The notes under the pieces were generated by a model. That model saw only the letters and a list, made by a program, of their open reading frames with translations. It had not been told where the DNA came from and did not search any database. A program made the position numbers and the translations under genes. Below, piece after piece: positions 54,501 to 62,358 of a stretch of 64,000 bases of DNA; the stretch's first letter is position 1; each line of letters opens with the position of its first letter. This stretch comes from Podarcis erhardii (Eukaryota): assembly GCA_964252035.1 (NCBI GenBank), contig OZ176200.1; one strand, written 5' to 3'.

Positions 54501-57500
54501 CAAGACTACTTAAAGTGGCATAAGAAATGCTGAGGCAGGTCAGACAGGTTTAAATCAAAGACTGGCACTCCTACTTATTACAACATCCTTTGCCTTCAAG
54601 AAAATGACTGGACACAGAGAGGGAAAGCCTGTCAAAAGGGTTAAGGAGAAAGCCTCTCCTCCTGCAAATGAGGGGAGGGGTTGTGGGCGGGAGCCGAGCT
54701 CCGCCTCAAGCAGGGGGCGTTAGCCCCCTGCCACCCACTCACCTGGCTGGTGCACCACGCCCACGGTCAAGCGCCCAACCAGGTCGAGGTGCCTTGGAAG
54801 GGGGCGTGGACTGCAGCTTAACTCGCTGCTGCGCCAGCCACGCGGCCCTCACTTTTCGCCATCCCGTCAGTTTTTCTCTTGGCCTTGCTATGGACCTTAG
54901 GTTGGTCGCCCTGGTTGTCCGGGGGGCCTGGTAGGAATTTTTCCATTTGGCATTAGGCTTTGTGGTTTTTTTCGCCTACCTCGTAGCAATCGTCACAACT
55001 TTCGTGGTATTGGTGGGTAGGTTAGGCATTGGAATAATCTGTTTGTGATGTGTGGAAGGGCTAGGTGTGGCCATTGCCTACGCCTTCAATTTTGGGTATT
55101 CCGTTAAAGGAATCTGGCGGTCATGTATTCTGTCCGATGCCTGTGTGGCGGGAGGCCATGGCACGACCCTCGGTGACATCAGGGGAGAGCTTATAGTTGG
55201 ATTAGAATCAACAGGCTCCACCTACTGGTGAATAAACTCCAGTTTTAAACTCACCCCTCTCCGAGTGGGTGGGGTCAACTGACGTGATCCAATGCCTAAG
55301 CCAATACCTTTTCACTTGCTGTAATCAATAAAGTTGTGGCCTTTTCTTGCCCATTAACCTTACTTCACGTGTCCGTGTGTTTTCATTCCACTACGCGGGG
55401 ATCAGGTCCTCGAACCACAACAGAGCACTAATAGCTTCACTAGTGAATCGCTTTTCAGCCTTTGAGCTAAGGTCAAGTGCAGTGAATTCTCATACTTGAC
55501 ATGGATGCTACTGATCGGGAACATACTTTGAACATGAAAAAGAAGTAGACTTTTTACAGAAGTAACAGCTCTGCTGAAACCCTTCTCTAACTTTCTATTT
55601 CTATCCAAAACAACTCCACCTGATTCCTAAGCACATTTATTTTTGAAAAATCACTTTCTGCCACAAATATTTCTGCCATTCTTTTGAAGGGAAACACTTA
55701 CCATACAAGAGGTTTCAGCATGTTTCCATAGGAAGAAACACAACTCAGATCTAAATCATGGTTTATATATGATAATGAGTGAGCCTGAATTCTACTCTAT
55801 GCACTAGGTGAGAAAGTTTCTGCTTTTACATTGGTACAAACCACAGTTACTTATTTTCAGTGGACTCAAGGAACTATAGTTTGTTCTAACCACACTTTTT
55901 AAACCTTGTTTTAACTATTGGTCCAGCAAGAAACTTCCCTCATCATTTACTCATTACAATCAAGACAAACTGCATTAATCCCACCTCCCCAGTCTCAAAG
56001 TTTTACCCCACATGATACATTGCTGTCCCATCTCCACTATTGACTTCTCATTCATCACCTGACCTTGCTGTGTCTCCCTTCTAGAAAGAATGTGTTTTCT
56101 ATGTGACACCTGGTAGATGGTGTTTTGATGTTCAAAAATCAATCCCACTTATTCTATTTTTAAAAAACCCTGGAAAAAAGTTAGCTGAACTGTCTGAAAC
56201 CATAGCCAACTGCCTCACAGAATCAGAGTTGGTAGGATATAAATTATATACTTACAAAGCATCTGTGCTATGCATGATCTGCAGTGGTCTCATTATGCAA
56301 TAATCAAATGCCAGAAAAAACTGCTCTCACTGATGTAATTTAACCTAATTTAATGCTTTAAAACAATATGTACCAAGAGTCTAATACATCACTCCATTTT
56401 CAGAAAATTGAGTCTCCTATGTATCCTTTCATCACCGATACTTGTCAAAACAAGAACGAGCTCCTTAAAAAAAAACACCCTAATGCATGAAAACTAAGCC
56501 ACAAGCCAATCTAAACACAAAAAATGAATGTGGTGTGATTTTGTTCTTCTGCAAACATTTTTGTTCAAATGACTTCACAGCCTTTCTATCTACCAACCGC
56601 CAAAAAAGAAAATATATAAAGATACAGAACAAAAGATGTGCTTAGATAATCTCAGTTATAAAAGCCAGTCATACCAACATCTCAGTTATAAACCACCAAC
56701 TGTAAAGTCCAATCATACCAACATCTCTCAAACAAGTCTCTTTTTAACAGTGTGCTGCTAGATTTGAATCATGGCCTAAAAAGTTACCAAGACATTATCC
56801 TACCAAGCCCAGAAATGCTTCAATTTATATTTTCACTTGGTTGTAAGAAAGAATCTCAAACTTGAGTCAAATCATTGTTGAGACAGGTCATTCTCGAGTT
56901 GGCTAGGACAGTGGTTCATGGTATCAGTGTGTCGTGGCACCCTGGGGTGCCTTGAATGATGGTCAGGGGTGCCATAGGCAATACTGGCCACTGTCCCTTC
57001 CCTTCCCTCCCTCCTCTGATGCCCTCTCATGTCTCAGCCTCCCAATGCCTTGCAAAGCTGTTTATTGCAGCAGCCCTGGCTATAATCTCCACAGGCGAAT
57101 GGTGCCTCTGTGAGGCACCTCTCTTGGGGGGAGGGGCAGCTTAGAGGTCAGGGACAGAAACAGCAGCTGCCTGGAGGACTCCCAAGCAGAGGGGAGATGA
57201 AAGGATGCTAAGGGAACACACCACAAGGGAAGGTGTTCGAAAACGGGTGAGAGGCTGCCAGCTCTGCAGGCAACGGGTGACATAACTGGGCTTCCGAGCC
57301 CCACAGGGGTACTGCAGAAAGAATGTAGTTGGTCAAGGGAACCGTGGACTCAAACAGGTTGAAAACCTCTGAGTTCTAAGTTCTGAGTTTCCTACCACAT
57401 CACATCCATCTAAAGTAGGCTCCTTTCCAGCCTACTTATTGGCCATTACATTCTGCTCTACTATTGAGCATCATGGCATCTCCTGCCTGAAATTAACCCT

Positions 57501-60500
57501 TGATGCTATACAATGCTTCCTGTTGCTTGAGCTCCTTCACTAAACATCTTGCTTTACTCCTTACTAAGCACTTCATAGCTTGCTGTCAGCAATATACAGT
57601 GCGCTCTTGAGATACCAACCCCCTTTTATTTTCTGCTGAGTGAAATAGGTTTCTTCCTAAAATAATTTTATCAAAAACTGTTTGTTGCTTTACTAAAACC
57701 TTTAATAAAAGCATAAAGAATACATGGATTGAAGCCTTGTTAGTCACGCCACACTTCAGCACCATACTACTCTAGCCAATATAGGGAGTAGGTTATGGCA
57801 CCTAAAGTCCAAAAGTACAGTGGTACCTCGGGTTAAGAACTTAACTCGTTCCGGAGGTCCGTTCTTAACCTGAAACTGTTCTTAACCTGAGACACCACTT
57901 TAGCTAATGGGGCCTCCAGCTGCCACTGCGCCGCCGCCACACGATTTCTATTCTCATCCTGAAGCAAAGTTCTTAACCTGAGGTACTATTTCTGGGTTAG
58001 CAGAGTCTGTAACCTGAAGCGTCTGTAACCTGAAGCATCTGTAACCCGAGGTACCACTGTATAAAAGTAATATTTAGTGGAGGCAGCCAAACAAAAAATT
58101 AAGGTATCCACTTGGTGGCAGGAGTGAAGTTAAGTAGGAATGGTTTGTTTATCTAGTTCGCTTGGCTCTCTTCCCTCTCAAAAGGCAGACTACAGGTGTG
58201 CTGTCATACCAGTATTTAAAAATGTGACAACACTTTTATATTACCTGGATAGAGGGGGGGGAGGCATGCCTATATGAATTCCCAATTATACATTGATAAC
58301 CAAAGATTCTTAAAAGTTGCAAATTAAAGCAAGGAAGCCAAAAGGAACAAGAATTAATATATTGCCTTTAACAGCTGTGTTCTGGGACTAGTTCAACAGC
58401 ATCAATTTTTCATATAAGCAACAAGCTAATGCCACTGTTATTCTCAGAACATCTTACTTTGCTTTATCATTCTGGATGATGTTCGGCCTGGACAAACAGA
58501 GTTGACTTTTTCCGCTCCACTGCAAAGCATGTTCGTCAATGTTGTTGTTATTTTTAAAGTCACCCGCCTTCACATTTCCTGTGAAGTTAAGCCAGGGCTT
58601 TGCCCTAGTCATTTTCACAGAACTGAAGGGTCACCTCTATACAGTCACAGATCACAATGGCCTGAGACAGCACAGCAGAAGTTAAAACTAGCATACCAAC
58701 TCCAGACATCTGGAATTACCTCAGTAGCACAGCATGCCTGTTACTTGTCTCACCCCACCACTATTGAAAGGGAGAAGGAATGAAATTGCCAGCACTAATC
58801 AGGACAACACTTATAACAAGTCCCCTCACTTCTTTCCACTCTTCATCTGAGAGGATCGACAACAGCCTGCCTAGACTTTGTCAGCAAAGATCAGCTCCAA
58901 CCAGAATCACATAATCAAAAAAAGTCTTCTTTTATAGGCACACCTCAGCTAACCTTCTTGAAAAGTAATTAATGTTAAAGAAAAATTAACACAATGAAAT
59001 AACTGAGGACAGCTTACTTTTCCCCTAGCACAGCAGTTCTAATTGTTCAGCATGACAAAACGGCCTGAGTAATAATCAGGTGGATGGAAGAAATGTTACG
59101 AGATCAGCATAGAATTAATTGTACTAGCAGACAGACATGAGTAAGCTCTGCTTGCCACCTAGTTTGGTTTGGAAAGTAATCTACATACTCTTCCTACATA
59201 CTCTTCCTTACTCAGGATATGAGTAATTCAGTGAAGCATCATCTCATAAAAGCCATGATAAAGTTGAAGTGCTCTGTGGGACCATCCAGATAGTACCTAC
59301 CTTCCCTGTACCCTACACATAGTCTTCCTGAATCAAGAAATGTAATGGGCCTGGGTATGATATGAAGACACATGAGGCCATCAACTTGCTGAAGCTAAGC
59401 AGGCTCATGCAGGCTGCATGAAGAGGAAAGGAAGGGCAAGTCTCTTTAGGCAAATGGAAGTCTACTGCACAAATGTGATGACCCAGGGGTAGTCAACCTA
59501 AGGCCCGGGGGCCAGATGCAGCCCAATTACCTTCTCAATCTGGTCTGCAAATGGTCCGGGAATCAATGTGTTTTTACATGAGTAGAATGTGTCCTTTTAT
59601 TTAAAATGCATCTCTGGATTATTTGTGGGGCATAGGAATTGGTTCATTATTATTTTTCAAAATATAGTCCGGCCCACCACATGGTATGAGGGATGGTGGA
59701 CCGGCCCACGGCTGAAAAAGGTTACTGACCCCTGTAGATGACCCATAGTCAAGGTAGTAAACTATGAAACCTTCAGAAAGCTATCAACTAAACCATCCAC
59801 AAACTGTAAGGCTGTAGCTAAGTGAGAGGAGCATTTGTGTTCAATGCAGAAAACCCAGCTTCAATTCTACGTAGGGCTGAGAATGTCGCCAGTGTGAAAC
59901 CCTGGAAAACCACTGCAAGTCAGTGTAGACAATACTGAGCAGTTAGCTCAGCTGGTTAGAGTGTGGTGCTGATAATGACAATGTCACAGGTCTGATCACC
60001 ATATGGACCACCTGCATATTTCTGCATTGCAGGGGGTTGGACTAGATGACCCTTGGGGTCCCTTCCAACTCTACAATTCTATTATTCTATGAGCTAGAAG
60101 GACCAAGGGGGTTTGACTCAGTTTAAGGCAGCTTTCTATGTTCCTGAGAACTCCTCCTGGTTTTGGCATTGCTTGGACAGACAGCTAAAAACTTTACATT
60201 TTGTCTGACAAGTTATCAGTTTTCAAGAGACTTTTCAGATGTGAGGCTTAAAGCTATCATTGCTTGTAATGCCAGGAAAAAAGCCTCAGTAGTTAATACA
60301 AGGGAGCGCTCTGTTTCCATTTCTACTTTTTCCTCTGTATTGACACAAACATGCACCTTTGAGCTTCTCTTTATGTTTTCTCTCTAGCACAAAGCCTGAA
60401 GCGTAATTTTTATAGCATAATTCTATTGCCCTAATGTTAATACTTGGAAGATGCTTAACATACATTGGTTAGCATCATAATAAAGTATCAAGAGGTAGGT

Positions 60501-62264
60501 TAGACTGAGACTTGACTTTGCACAAGACCACACAGATCTTCATGGCACTGCAAGGATTTGAACTGGGCTGTTCCACACTGGACCAGAGTCAGTGGCCTGG
60601 GTTCAGTTCCTTGACTCTTGAATCCACAGTGAGACTCATTCCCTGTTCAATATGCAGATATATTCCATCCCATTTCTGAAAGCCCACCCGCTTCCCTGCA
60701 ATTACTCCTATGCTGGCAAGTCATTTTACCATGATGGATCTATTAAGGTGCTAGTTCACAGGCTGGTACGATTAACCTCCCAAAAACAGCATGACGTCAA
60801 AGTAATCACTGGGGAGTTGCTCTTGTCTGGATGCGCTTCCTATCATTCATGTGCCATAGATATATTTTCACAGCAGACTATGAATCATAAGCAAGGAATG
60901 CTTGCTAGATAGCCACAGTAAGCCTGCAATCCATAGCCAGTGTTTTCATTTGCATTCTCCAGATTAAGCATTTTCATATATTCAGGCTGCTTACACCGAT
61001 AAGCAGTAAAAACAACTCTGGGTCATTTATGGGCTAGTTTAAGTGACAGATACAGCTAATATATTAGCCAACATTGTGCTTGTTTCATTTATTCATATTC
61101 TGTCCACTGTTCTCATTCTCCACCTCTGCCCCCTAGTATCATGAAGAGCCATTCCTCAGGGGAAAATGGGACAATCCCATATTCACTGCTCAGAGCTCGA
61201 GGACATATATTATACAAATACAATAATAAACAAAGTCCTGCAAATTACAGAAGGATGCTGAATGAAATATCAAAGCTTAGCAGACTGAAAGGCCTACCCA
61301 ATCCCCCAGAGGCTCAGCCTTTTGACAAGATGCTTCCTTTAGGCTGTGATATAAACTCACTGACAACTTCCTGTTAGGCCAGCTAGCAGAAACTACAGGG
61401 ATGCTGTGGGTTATCAGCCAGATGAGTTTCCCACACTCCTTCCTCTCCTGGCTTTGATTTGAATGAAGTAACACATGCAGATAAGCCTCTTCGAAAGAGG
61501 AATAGATGAGGCAACCATAGACAGGCACATTCGATTTTAATTCATCACAAACTTAAGTGTTAAATTGTCACATTCTTGTGGTTGCATTTTGCTTCACCAC
61601 TGTAAAGATTAAAGTAATTAGAAACACACATATAAATATATATATATATCCGATGATGAAAGACAAATGCACACAACCTGTAGATTATGGCAGACTATGG
61701 ATATGAATTGGCAGTGGAGTGAACCAAGGGGACTTCTGATAGACTACCTGCAAGGGGAGATAAGCCAATCAACGTTCCAAAAACATACGAAGATGAGGGA
61801 AGTGATCCATAAATAGACCATAAAAAGCATGAACTATATGCTGGTCATCACAGGAGGGTGAGTAATTAAAGCAGTTAACAGATGCAGTGACAGTTGCACA
61901 CTTCCAAATTGTGGCTACCAGGCACAATTTGCAACTTGAACAGCACAGCATTGACATGCAGAAGAAGCAAGGGTCCAACTTTCAAAACAGAGCATCTTAC
62001 CTTGGTGTTCACACAAGATTTCCCACGCTTATATTCCTTATGGCTTGCTCTCTTATCTAGCTTGTTCCACAAGGCTTTGGCCTTCCAACTGGTCACCTTT
62101 GATTTAAGTTTTGTATAAAAGTTCCTGTTGTCCAAAGGATCTAGTTCAAGTTGACGAGTGAGGATATTAAAGGCCTGGATTGTACCTTTGCATGTCGAGG
62201 CTTGGACAAAGTTTTCAAATATTTGGCCAGCTTGGCTATATTTCTCATCGTCCTTTTCCCCCAT
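5599..62264 (-). CDS. MICAL2: MICAL2 gene span (24 coding exons, 3282 nt, 1093 aa for the ...[13 protein letters not shown] isoform)
   Basis: Exons joined by hand with GT-AG sites and consistent phases. Protein has GxGxxG, GADG and GD FAD motifs, a CH domain, a LIM domain and the MICAL2-specific C-terminus. Order and sizes (264,208,117,102,156,101,258,116...) match the recalled vertebrate MICAL2 structure. Confidence 0.97.
6544..6768 (-). mobile_element. L2-type LINE 3' fragment
   Basis: (taa)n tail, ctgggttgccccagccactctggg and gggagggcattccacagg...aaggccctctgcc motifs; a hAT-MITE fragment follows to about 6878. Confidence 0.65.
7648..7738. mobile_element. Short imperfectly palindromic squamate repeat (gcaatcct...cttacctgggag...ccccattgaa...gtagacatg)
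   Basis: Imperfect palindrome; degraded relatives near 33790, 39170 and 46190. Confidence 0.55.
8474..8653 (-). mobile_element. Degraded tRNA-derived SINE with CR1-like tail (same family as the host at 59810-60145)
   Basis: cataggaag...tcagtat tail and reverse-complement tRNA-like head (ggattgaaccagg...gcatgc). Confidence 0.6.
9818..10104 (-). CDS. MICAL2: Read-through extension of exon 23: alternative 95-aa C-terminus (GILPSFFRK...LVKKFFRV*)
   Basis: Frame stays open past the donor to TAA at 9820-9818; resembles a recalled human MICAL2 isoform tail (SFFRK.L.WPL...RDNAYNY.Y.YELLS). Confidence 0.8.
10105..10204 (-). CDS. MICAL2: MICAL2 coding exon 23 ([33 protein letters not shown])
   Basis: ctctttaaAG| acceptor, CAG|GTATCC donor, 100 nt. 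Confidence 0.9.
10885..10973 (-). CDS. MICAL2: MICAL2 coding exon 22, end of LIM ([29 protein letters not shown])
   Basis: gttttccAG| acceptor, AAG|GTAGGT donor, 89 nt. Confidence 0.96.
11719..11905 (-). CDS. MICAL2: MICAL2 coding exon 21, LIM domain ([25 protein letters not shown]...AFDAEE)
   Basis: tatttgcAG| acceptor, G|GTAATT donor, 187 nt; CxxC, HxxC and CxxC zinc ligands. Confidence 0.97.
13452..13538 (-). CDS. MICAL2: Candidate additional in-frame cassette exon ([29 protein letters not shown])
   Basis: ttttgttgcattcAG| acceptor, CAG|GTACCA donor, 87 nt, stop-free in phase 0, matching both flanking exons. Confidence 0.6.
14080..14187 (-). CDS. MICAL2: MICAL2 coding exon 20 ([36 protein letters not shown])
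   Basis: gatggtAG| acceptor, CCG|GTAAGG donor, 108 nt. Confidence 0.95.
16056..16302 (-). mobile_element. Squam3-like (MIR/Ther1-derived) SINE, young
   Basis: Reverse complement starts cagtgtggtgtagtggttaagagc (A box), has ggttcg B-box-like motif and gtgaccttgggccagtcac core, ends in (ctt)n; CpGs retained. Confidence 0.85.
18477..18608 (-). CDS. MICAL2: MICAL2 coding exon 19 ([18 protein letters not shown]...[11 protein letters not shown])
   Basis: ctgtacAG| acceptor, AAG|GTATTC donor, 132 nt. Confidence 0.92.
18886..18946. repeat. Compound microsatellite (TC)17(CA)14
   Basis: Direct inspection; reads (UG)n(AG)n in the pre-mRNA. Confidence 0.95.
18993..19094 (-). CDS. MICAL2: MICAL2 coding exon 18 ([34 protein letters not shown])
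   Basis: ggctgcAG| acceptor with long pyrimidine tract, AAG|GTGAAT donor, 102 nt. Confidence 0.95.
19282..19889 (-). mobile_element. L2-type LINE 3' fragment (about 600 bp)
   Basis: ataaatttgtataccaccc tail; ttgccccagtgagcaacc...gctgaattctgcaccagctg motif of L2 ORF2 end. Confidence 0.75.
20943..21152 (-). CDS. MICAL2: MICAL2 coding exon 17 ([14 protein letters not shown]...[19 protein letters not shown])
   Basis: tttcccAG| acceptor (second AG 6 nt downstream), CAG|GTGATG donor, 210 nt; ALSGVLxRLQxVEEK motif. Confidence 0.88.
21441..21634 (+). mobile_element. Ancient MIR/CORE SINE remnant
   Basis: aaataatactggcacttacatagagttgttgcaagga...tactcaataaat resembles the MIR core and 3' end. Confidence 0.55.
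23096..23206 (-). CDS. MICAL2: MICAL2 coding exon 16 ([37 protein letters not shown]), probable cassette exon
   Basis: tttttacatttaAG| acceptor, CAG|GTAGGA donor, 111 nt symmetric; resembles recalled human GKPVLCSSSGPPVH...PKPEE...PPLKRQ. Confidence 0.82.
24170..24553. mobile_element. Tc1/mariner (Tc2-like, CCGTA-ended) MITE interrupted by a second MITE
   Basis: Left TIR CCGTACTTTTCCGTGTATAAGAC after TA; right TIR gtgttata|cacagaaaaatacgg split by the insertion. Confidence 0.8.
24310..24536 (-). mobile_element. Tigger/pogo-like MITE (CAGTGGTACCTC TIRs), inverted relative to the other two copies
   Basis: TA TSD at 24308-24309 and 24537-24538; internal sequence is the reverse complement of 57818-58059. 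Confidence 0.9.
25145..26438 (+). mobile_element. Tigger/pogo-like MITE split by an L1 insertion
   Basis: CAGTGGTACCTCGGGTTA...TAACCCGAGGTACCACTG with TA TSDs; the two halves rejoin to the family sequence. Confidence 0.92.
25180..26229 (+). mobile_element. 5'-truncated L1-clade LINE (ORF2 C-terminal 277-aa ORF at 25184-26017, 3' UTR, A-rich tail)
   Basis: YRWYxTP...CWKC...[10 protein letters not shown] cysteine-rich motif; AATAAA/A tail; 18-bp TSD aagaatttaattc(g/a)ttct at 25162-25179 and 26230-26247. Confidence 0.92.
26855..27004 (-). CDS. MICAL2: MICAL2 coding exon 15 (SSSSLNRG...[28 protein letters not shown])
   Basis: cattgcAG| acceptor, CAG|GTGAGT donor, 150 nt; [18 protein letters not shown] motif. 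Confidence 0.95.
27201..27391 (+). mobile_element. Older MIR-derived (Squam3-like) SINE
   Basis: gttcaaatcc B-box, gggtgacctagggccagtc core, (tcaa)n tail. Confidence 0.7.
27505..27539. repeat. (TC)n(TA)n microsatellite
   Basis: Direct inspection. Confidence 0.9.
28058..28114 (-). CDS. MICAL2: MICAL2 coding exon 14 ([19 protein letters not shown]), second NLS cluster
   Basis: tgtttttAG| acceptor, GAG|GTTAGT donor, 57 nt; KRRRK motif. Confidence 0.9.
29445..29585 (-). mobile_element. MIR/CORE SINE remnant
   Basis: cccattttacaaatggaggaaat core motif. Confidence 0.55.
30836..31192 (-). mobile_element. Sauria SINE, near full length, diverged
   Basis: taaaggtaaagg = reverse of the (ACCTTT)n tail; gtcatgtggccagcatgact and gtacctatttatctact diagnostic motifs; tRNA-like head at the right end. 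Confidence 0.88.
31231..31570. mobile_element. PIF/Harbinger-type MITE
   Basis: TTA on both flanks, imperfect ggccccctt.../...ggtgggc termini, internal palindromy; related partial copy at about 35180-35400. Confidence 0.6.
33460..33566 (-). CDS. MICAL2: MICAL2 coding exon 13 ([35 protein letters not shown])
   Basis: tttgaacAG| acceptor, AAA|GTAAGC donor, 107 nt; NLTFPRKR motif. Confidence 0.93.
34562..34761 (-). CDS. MICAL2: MICAL2 coding exon 12, CH domain second half ([27 protein letters not shown]...[25 protein letters not shown])
   Basis: ccccaAG| acceptor, G|GTAAGT donor, 200 nt. Confidence 0.97.
36110..36330 (-). mobile_element. L2 reverse-transcriptase fragment
   Basis: ORF 36041-36319 contains WM...LKLNPDK...[12 protein letters not shown], typical of the L2/CR1 RT C-terminal region. 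Confidence 0.7.
37273..37393. mobile_element. Palindromic hAT MITE (same family as 1597-1732, internal deletion)
   Basis: CAGGCATGGCCAAAC.../...GTTTGGTCATGCCTG TIRs; perfect 8-bp TSD ATGTACAG. Confidence 0.9.
38459..38606 (-). CDS. MICAL2: MICAL2 coding exon 11, CH domain first half ([19 protein letters not shown]...HRFRPDL)
   Basis: tatttcAG| acceptor, AT|GTAAGT donor, 148 nt; WxxGLALCA CH motif. Confidence 0.97.
38728..38818 (-). CDS. MICAL2: MICAL2 coding exon 10 ([30 protein letters not shown])
   Basis: ttccttAG| acceptor, G|GTATGA donor, 91 nt; followed by a 121-nt intron. Confidence 0.95.
39313..39439 (-). CDS. MICAL2: MICAL2 coding exon 9 ([42 protein letters not shown])
   Basis: ccttccAG| acceptor, CAG|GTAAGC donor, 127 nt. 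Confidence 0.97.
40065..40214 (+). mobile_element. L2-type 3' tail fragment
   Basis: ttttgtaaactactttgagg...aagcagtacataaatttaaataaataaataaa. Confidence 0.55.
40298..40413 (-). CDS. MICAL2: MICAL2 coding exon 8 ([38 protein letters not shown])
   Basis: tttcacAG| acceptor, AG|GTTGGC donor, 116 nt. Confidence 0.97.
41305..41562 (-). CDS. MICAL2: MICAL2 coding exon 7 ([10 protein letters not shown]...LVGDSLLE), GD motif
   Basis: aatgtAG| acceptor, GAG|GTAGTG donor, 258 nt. Confidence 0.97.
42703..42803 (-). CDS. MICAL2: MICAL2 coding exon 6 ([33 protein letters not shown])
   Basis: ttccctAG| acceptor, GAT|GTAGGT donor, 101 nt. Confidence 0.97.
44202..44357 (-). CDS. MICAL2: MICAL2 coding exon 5 ([18 protein letters not shown]...QDLKEDT)
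   Basis: gtactAG| acceptor, G|GTGGGT donor, 156 nt. Confidence 0.97.
44937..45482. mobile_element. hAT-type palindromic MITE interrupted by a CpG-rich insert
   Basis: ggggatcctgtggccctc...actacaattcccatc left half and gatgggaactggagtcc...ggttcccc right half. Confidence 0.6.
45002..45406 (+). mobile_element. Probable LTR-derived insert (starts TGTCAGGGA)
   Basis: TG start, purine- and CpG-rich, interrupts the MITE; no clean TSD seen. Confidence 0.45.
46903..47004 (-). CDS. MICAL2: MICAL2 coding exon 4 ([33 protein letters not shown]), DG motif
   Basis: cctttcAG| acceptor, G|GTATGT donor, 102 nt. Confidence 0.97.
47643..47759 (-). CDS. MICAL2: MICAL2 coding exon 3 ([38 protein letters not shown])
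   Basis: Not in the ORF track; read by hand. ttttgcAG| acceptor, A|GTATGG donor, 117 nt. Confidence 0.97.
48786..48993 (-). CDS. MICAL2: MICAL2 coding exon 2 ([10 protein letters not shown]...IDHI), FAD-binding GxGxxG motif
   Basis: cctgcAG|TGT acceptor, A|GTAAGT donor, 208 nt. Confidence 0.98.
53828..53962. promoter_or_regulatory. Candidate intronic enhancer (dense ETS/AP-1-like/NFAT-kB-like/TEAD motifs)
   Basis: ACAGGAAG twice, CGAGTCA, TGGAAAAATCCC, TGACGCA and CATTCCA within 135 bp; motif evidence only. Confidence 0.35.
54036..54190 (-). mobile_element. CR1 LINE 3' end remnant
   Basis: aacata...ggatcagaccaaaggcctatctagcccagcatcctg motif. Confidence 0.6.
54669..55422 (+). mobile_element. 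CpG-rich retroelement terminal fragment (LTR- or DIRS/Ngaro-like, unresolved)
   Basis: Abrupt GC/CpG rise, TG...CA ends, AATAAA at 55327-55332 (caataaagttgtggcc), no ORF, no TSD found by eye. Confidence 0.5.
56649..56727. repeat. Interleaved short duplications (atctcagttataaa x2; tcataccaacatctc x2)
   Basis: Copies at 56649/56679 and 56669/56713. Confidence 0.8.
56909..57371. mobile_element. hAT-like non-autonomous DNA element
   Basis: cagtggtt...gtgtcgtggcaccctggggtgcc left end and aggttgaaaacctctg right end; TSD not clear. Confidence 0.5.
57818..58059 (+). mobile_element. Intact Tigger/pogo-like MITE
   Basis: TA TSDs, CAGTGGTACCTCGGGTTA TIRs, three tctgtaacc subterminal units. Confidence 0.93.
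59484..59734. mobile_element. hAT (Charlie-like) MITE
   Basis: CAGGGGTAGTCAACCT / AGGTTACTGACCCCTG TIRs; imperfect flanking gatgac duplication. Confidence 0.8.
59810..60145 (+). mobile_element. tRNA-derived SINE (…gtcagtgtagacaatactgagctag…taaggcagctttctatgttcct) hosting a second SINE
   Basis: Halves rejoin at tgagc to give the family sequence. Confidence 0.7.
59937..60091 (+). mobile_element. tRNA-Ile-like-headed SINE with CR1-type 3' tail
   Basis: gttagctcagctggttagagtgtggtgctgataat head; gggggttggactagatgacc...ccttccaactctacaattctattattctat tail; TGAGC duplicated at the flanks. Confidence 0.8.
62001..62264 (-). CDS. MICAL2: MICAL2 coding exon 1 (MGEKDDEK...SCVNTK)
   Basis: ATG in aacATGG context; 264 nt; donor AAG|GTAAGA. 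Confidence 0.97.
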
Positions 62265-62358
62265 GTTCCAAGTAGTAAAAGAAGAATATCCTAATGGCAT
62301 GCTCTTAGGCTGGGGTTCAGCTGAAATATGCTATCAGGTTTTCGCAAGCATGTAACAC
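62265..62358 (-). other. MICAL2: 5' UTR part of the first coding exon (acceptor ctcttcctAG|GTGTTACA)
   Basis: Pyrimidine tract plus AG at 62360-62359, 94 nt upstream of ATG. The upstream intron runs off the window. Confidence 0.75.

Noticed and set aside
24350-58059. Recurring ttacagacgcttcagg-type 15-bp units as a CRISPR-like array
   Set aside because: Subterminal repeats of a eukaryotic MITE family; no spacers and no cas genes.
59937-60010. tRNA-Ile-like sequence
   Set aside because: Degenerate B box and acceptor stem, fused to a CR1-type tail with a flanking duplication: a SINE head, not a tRNA gene.
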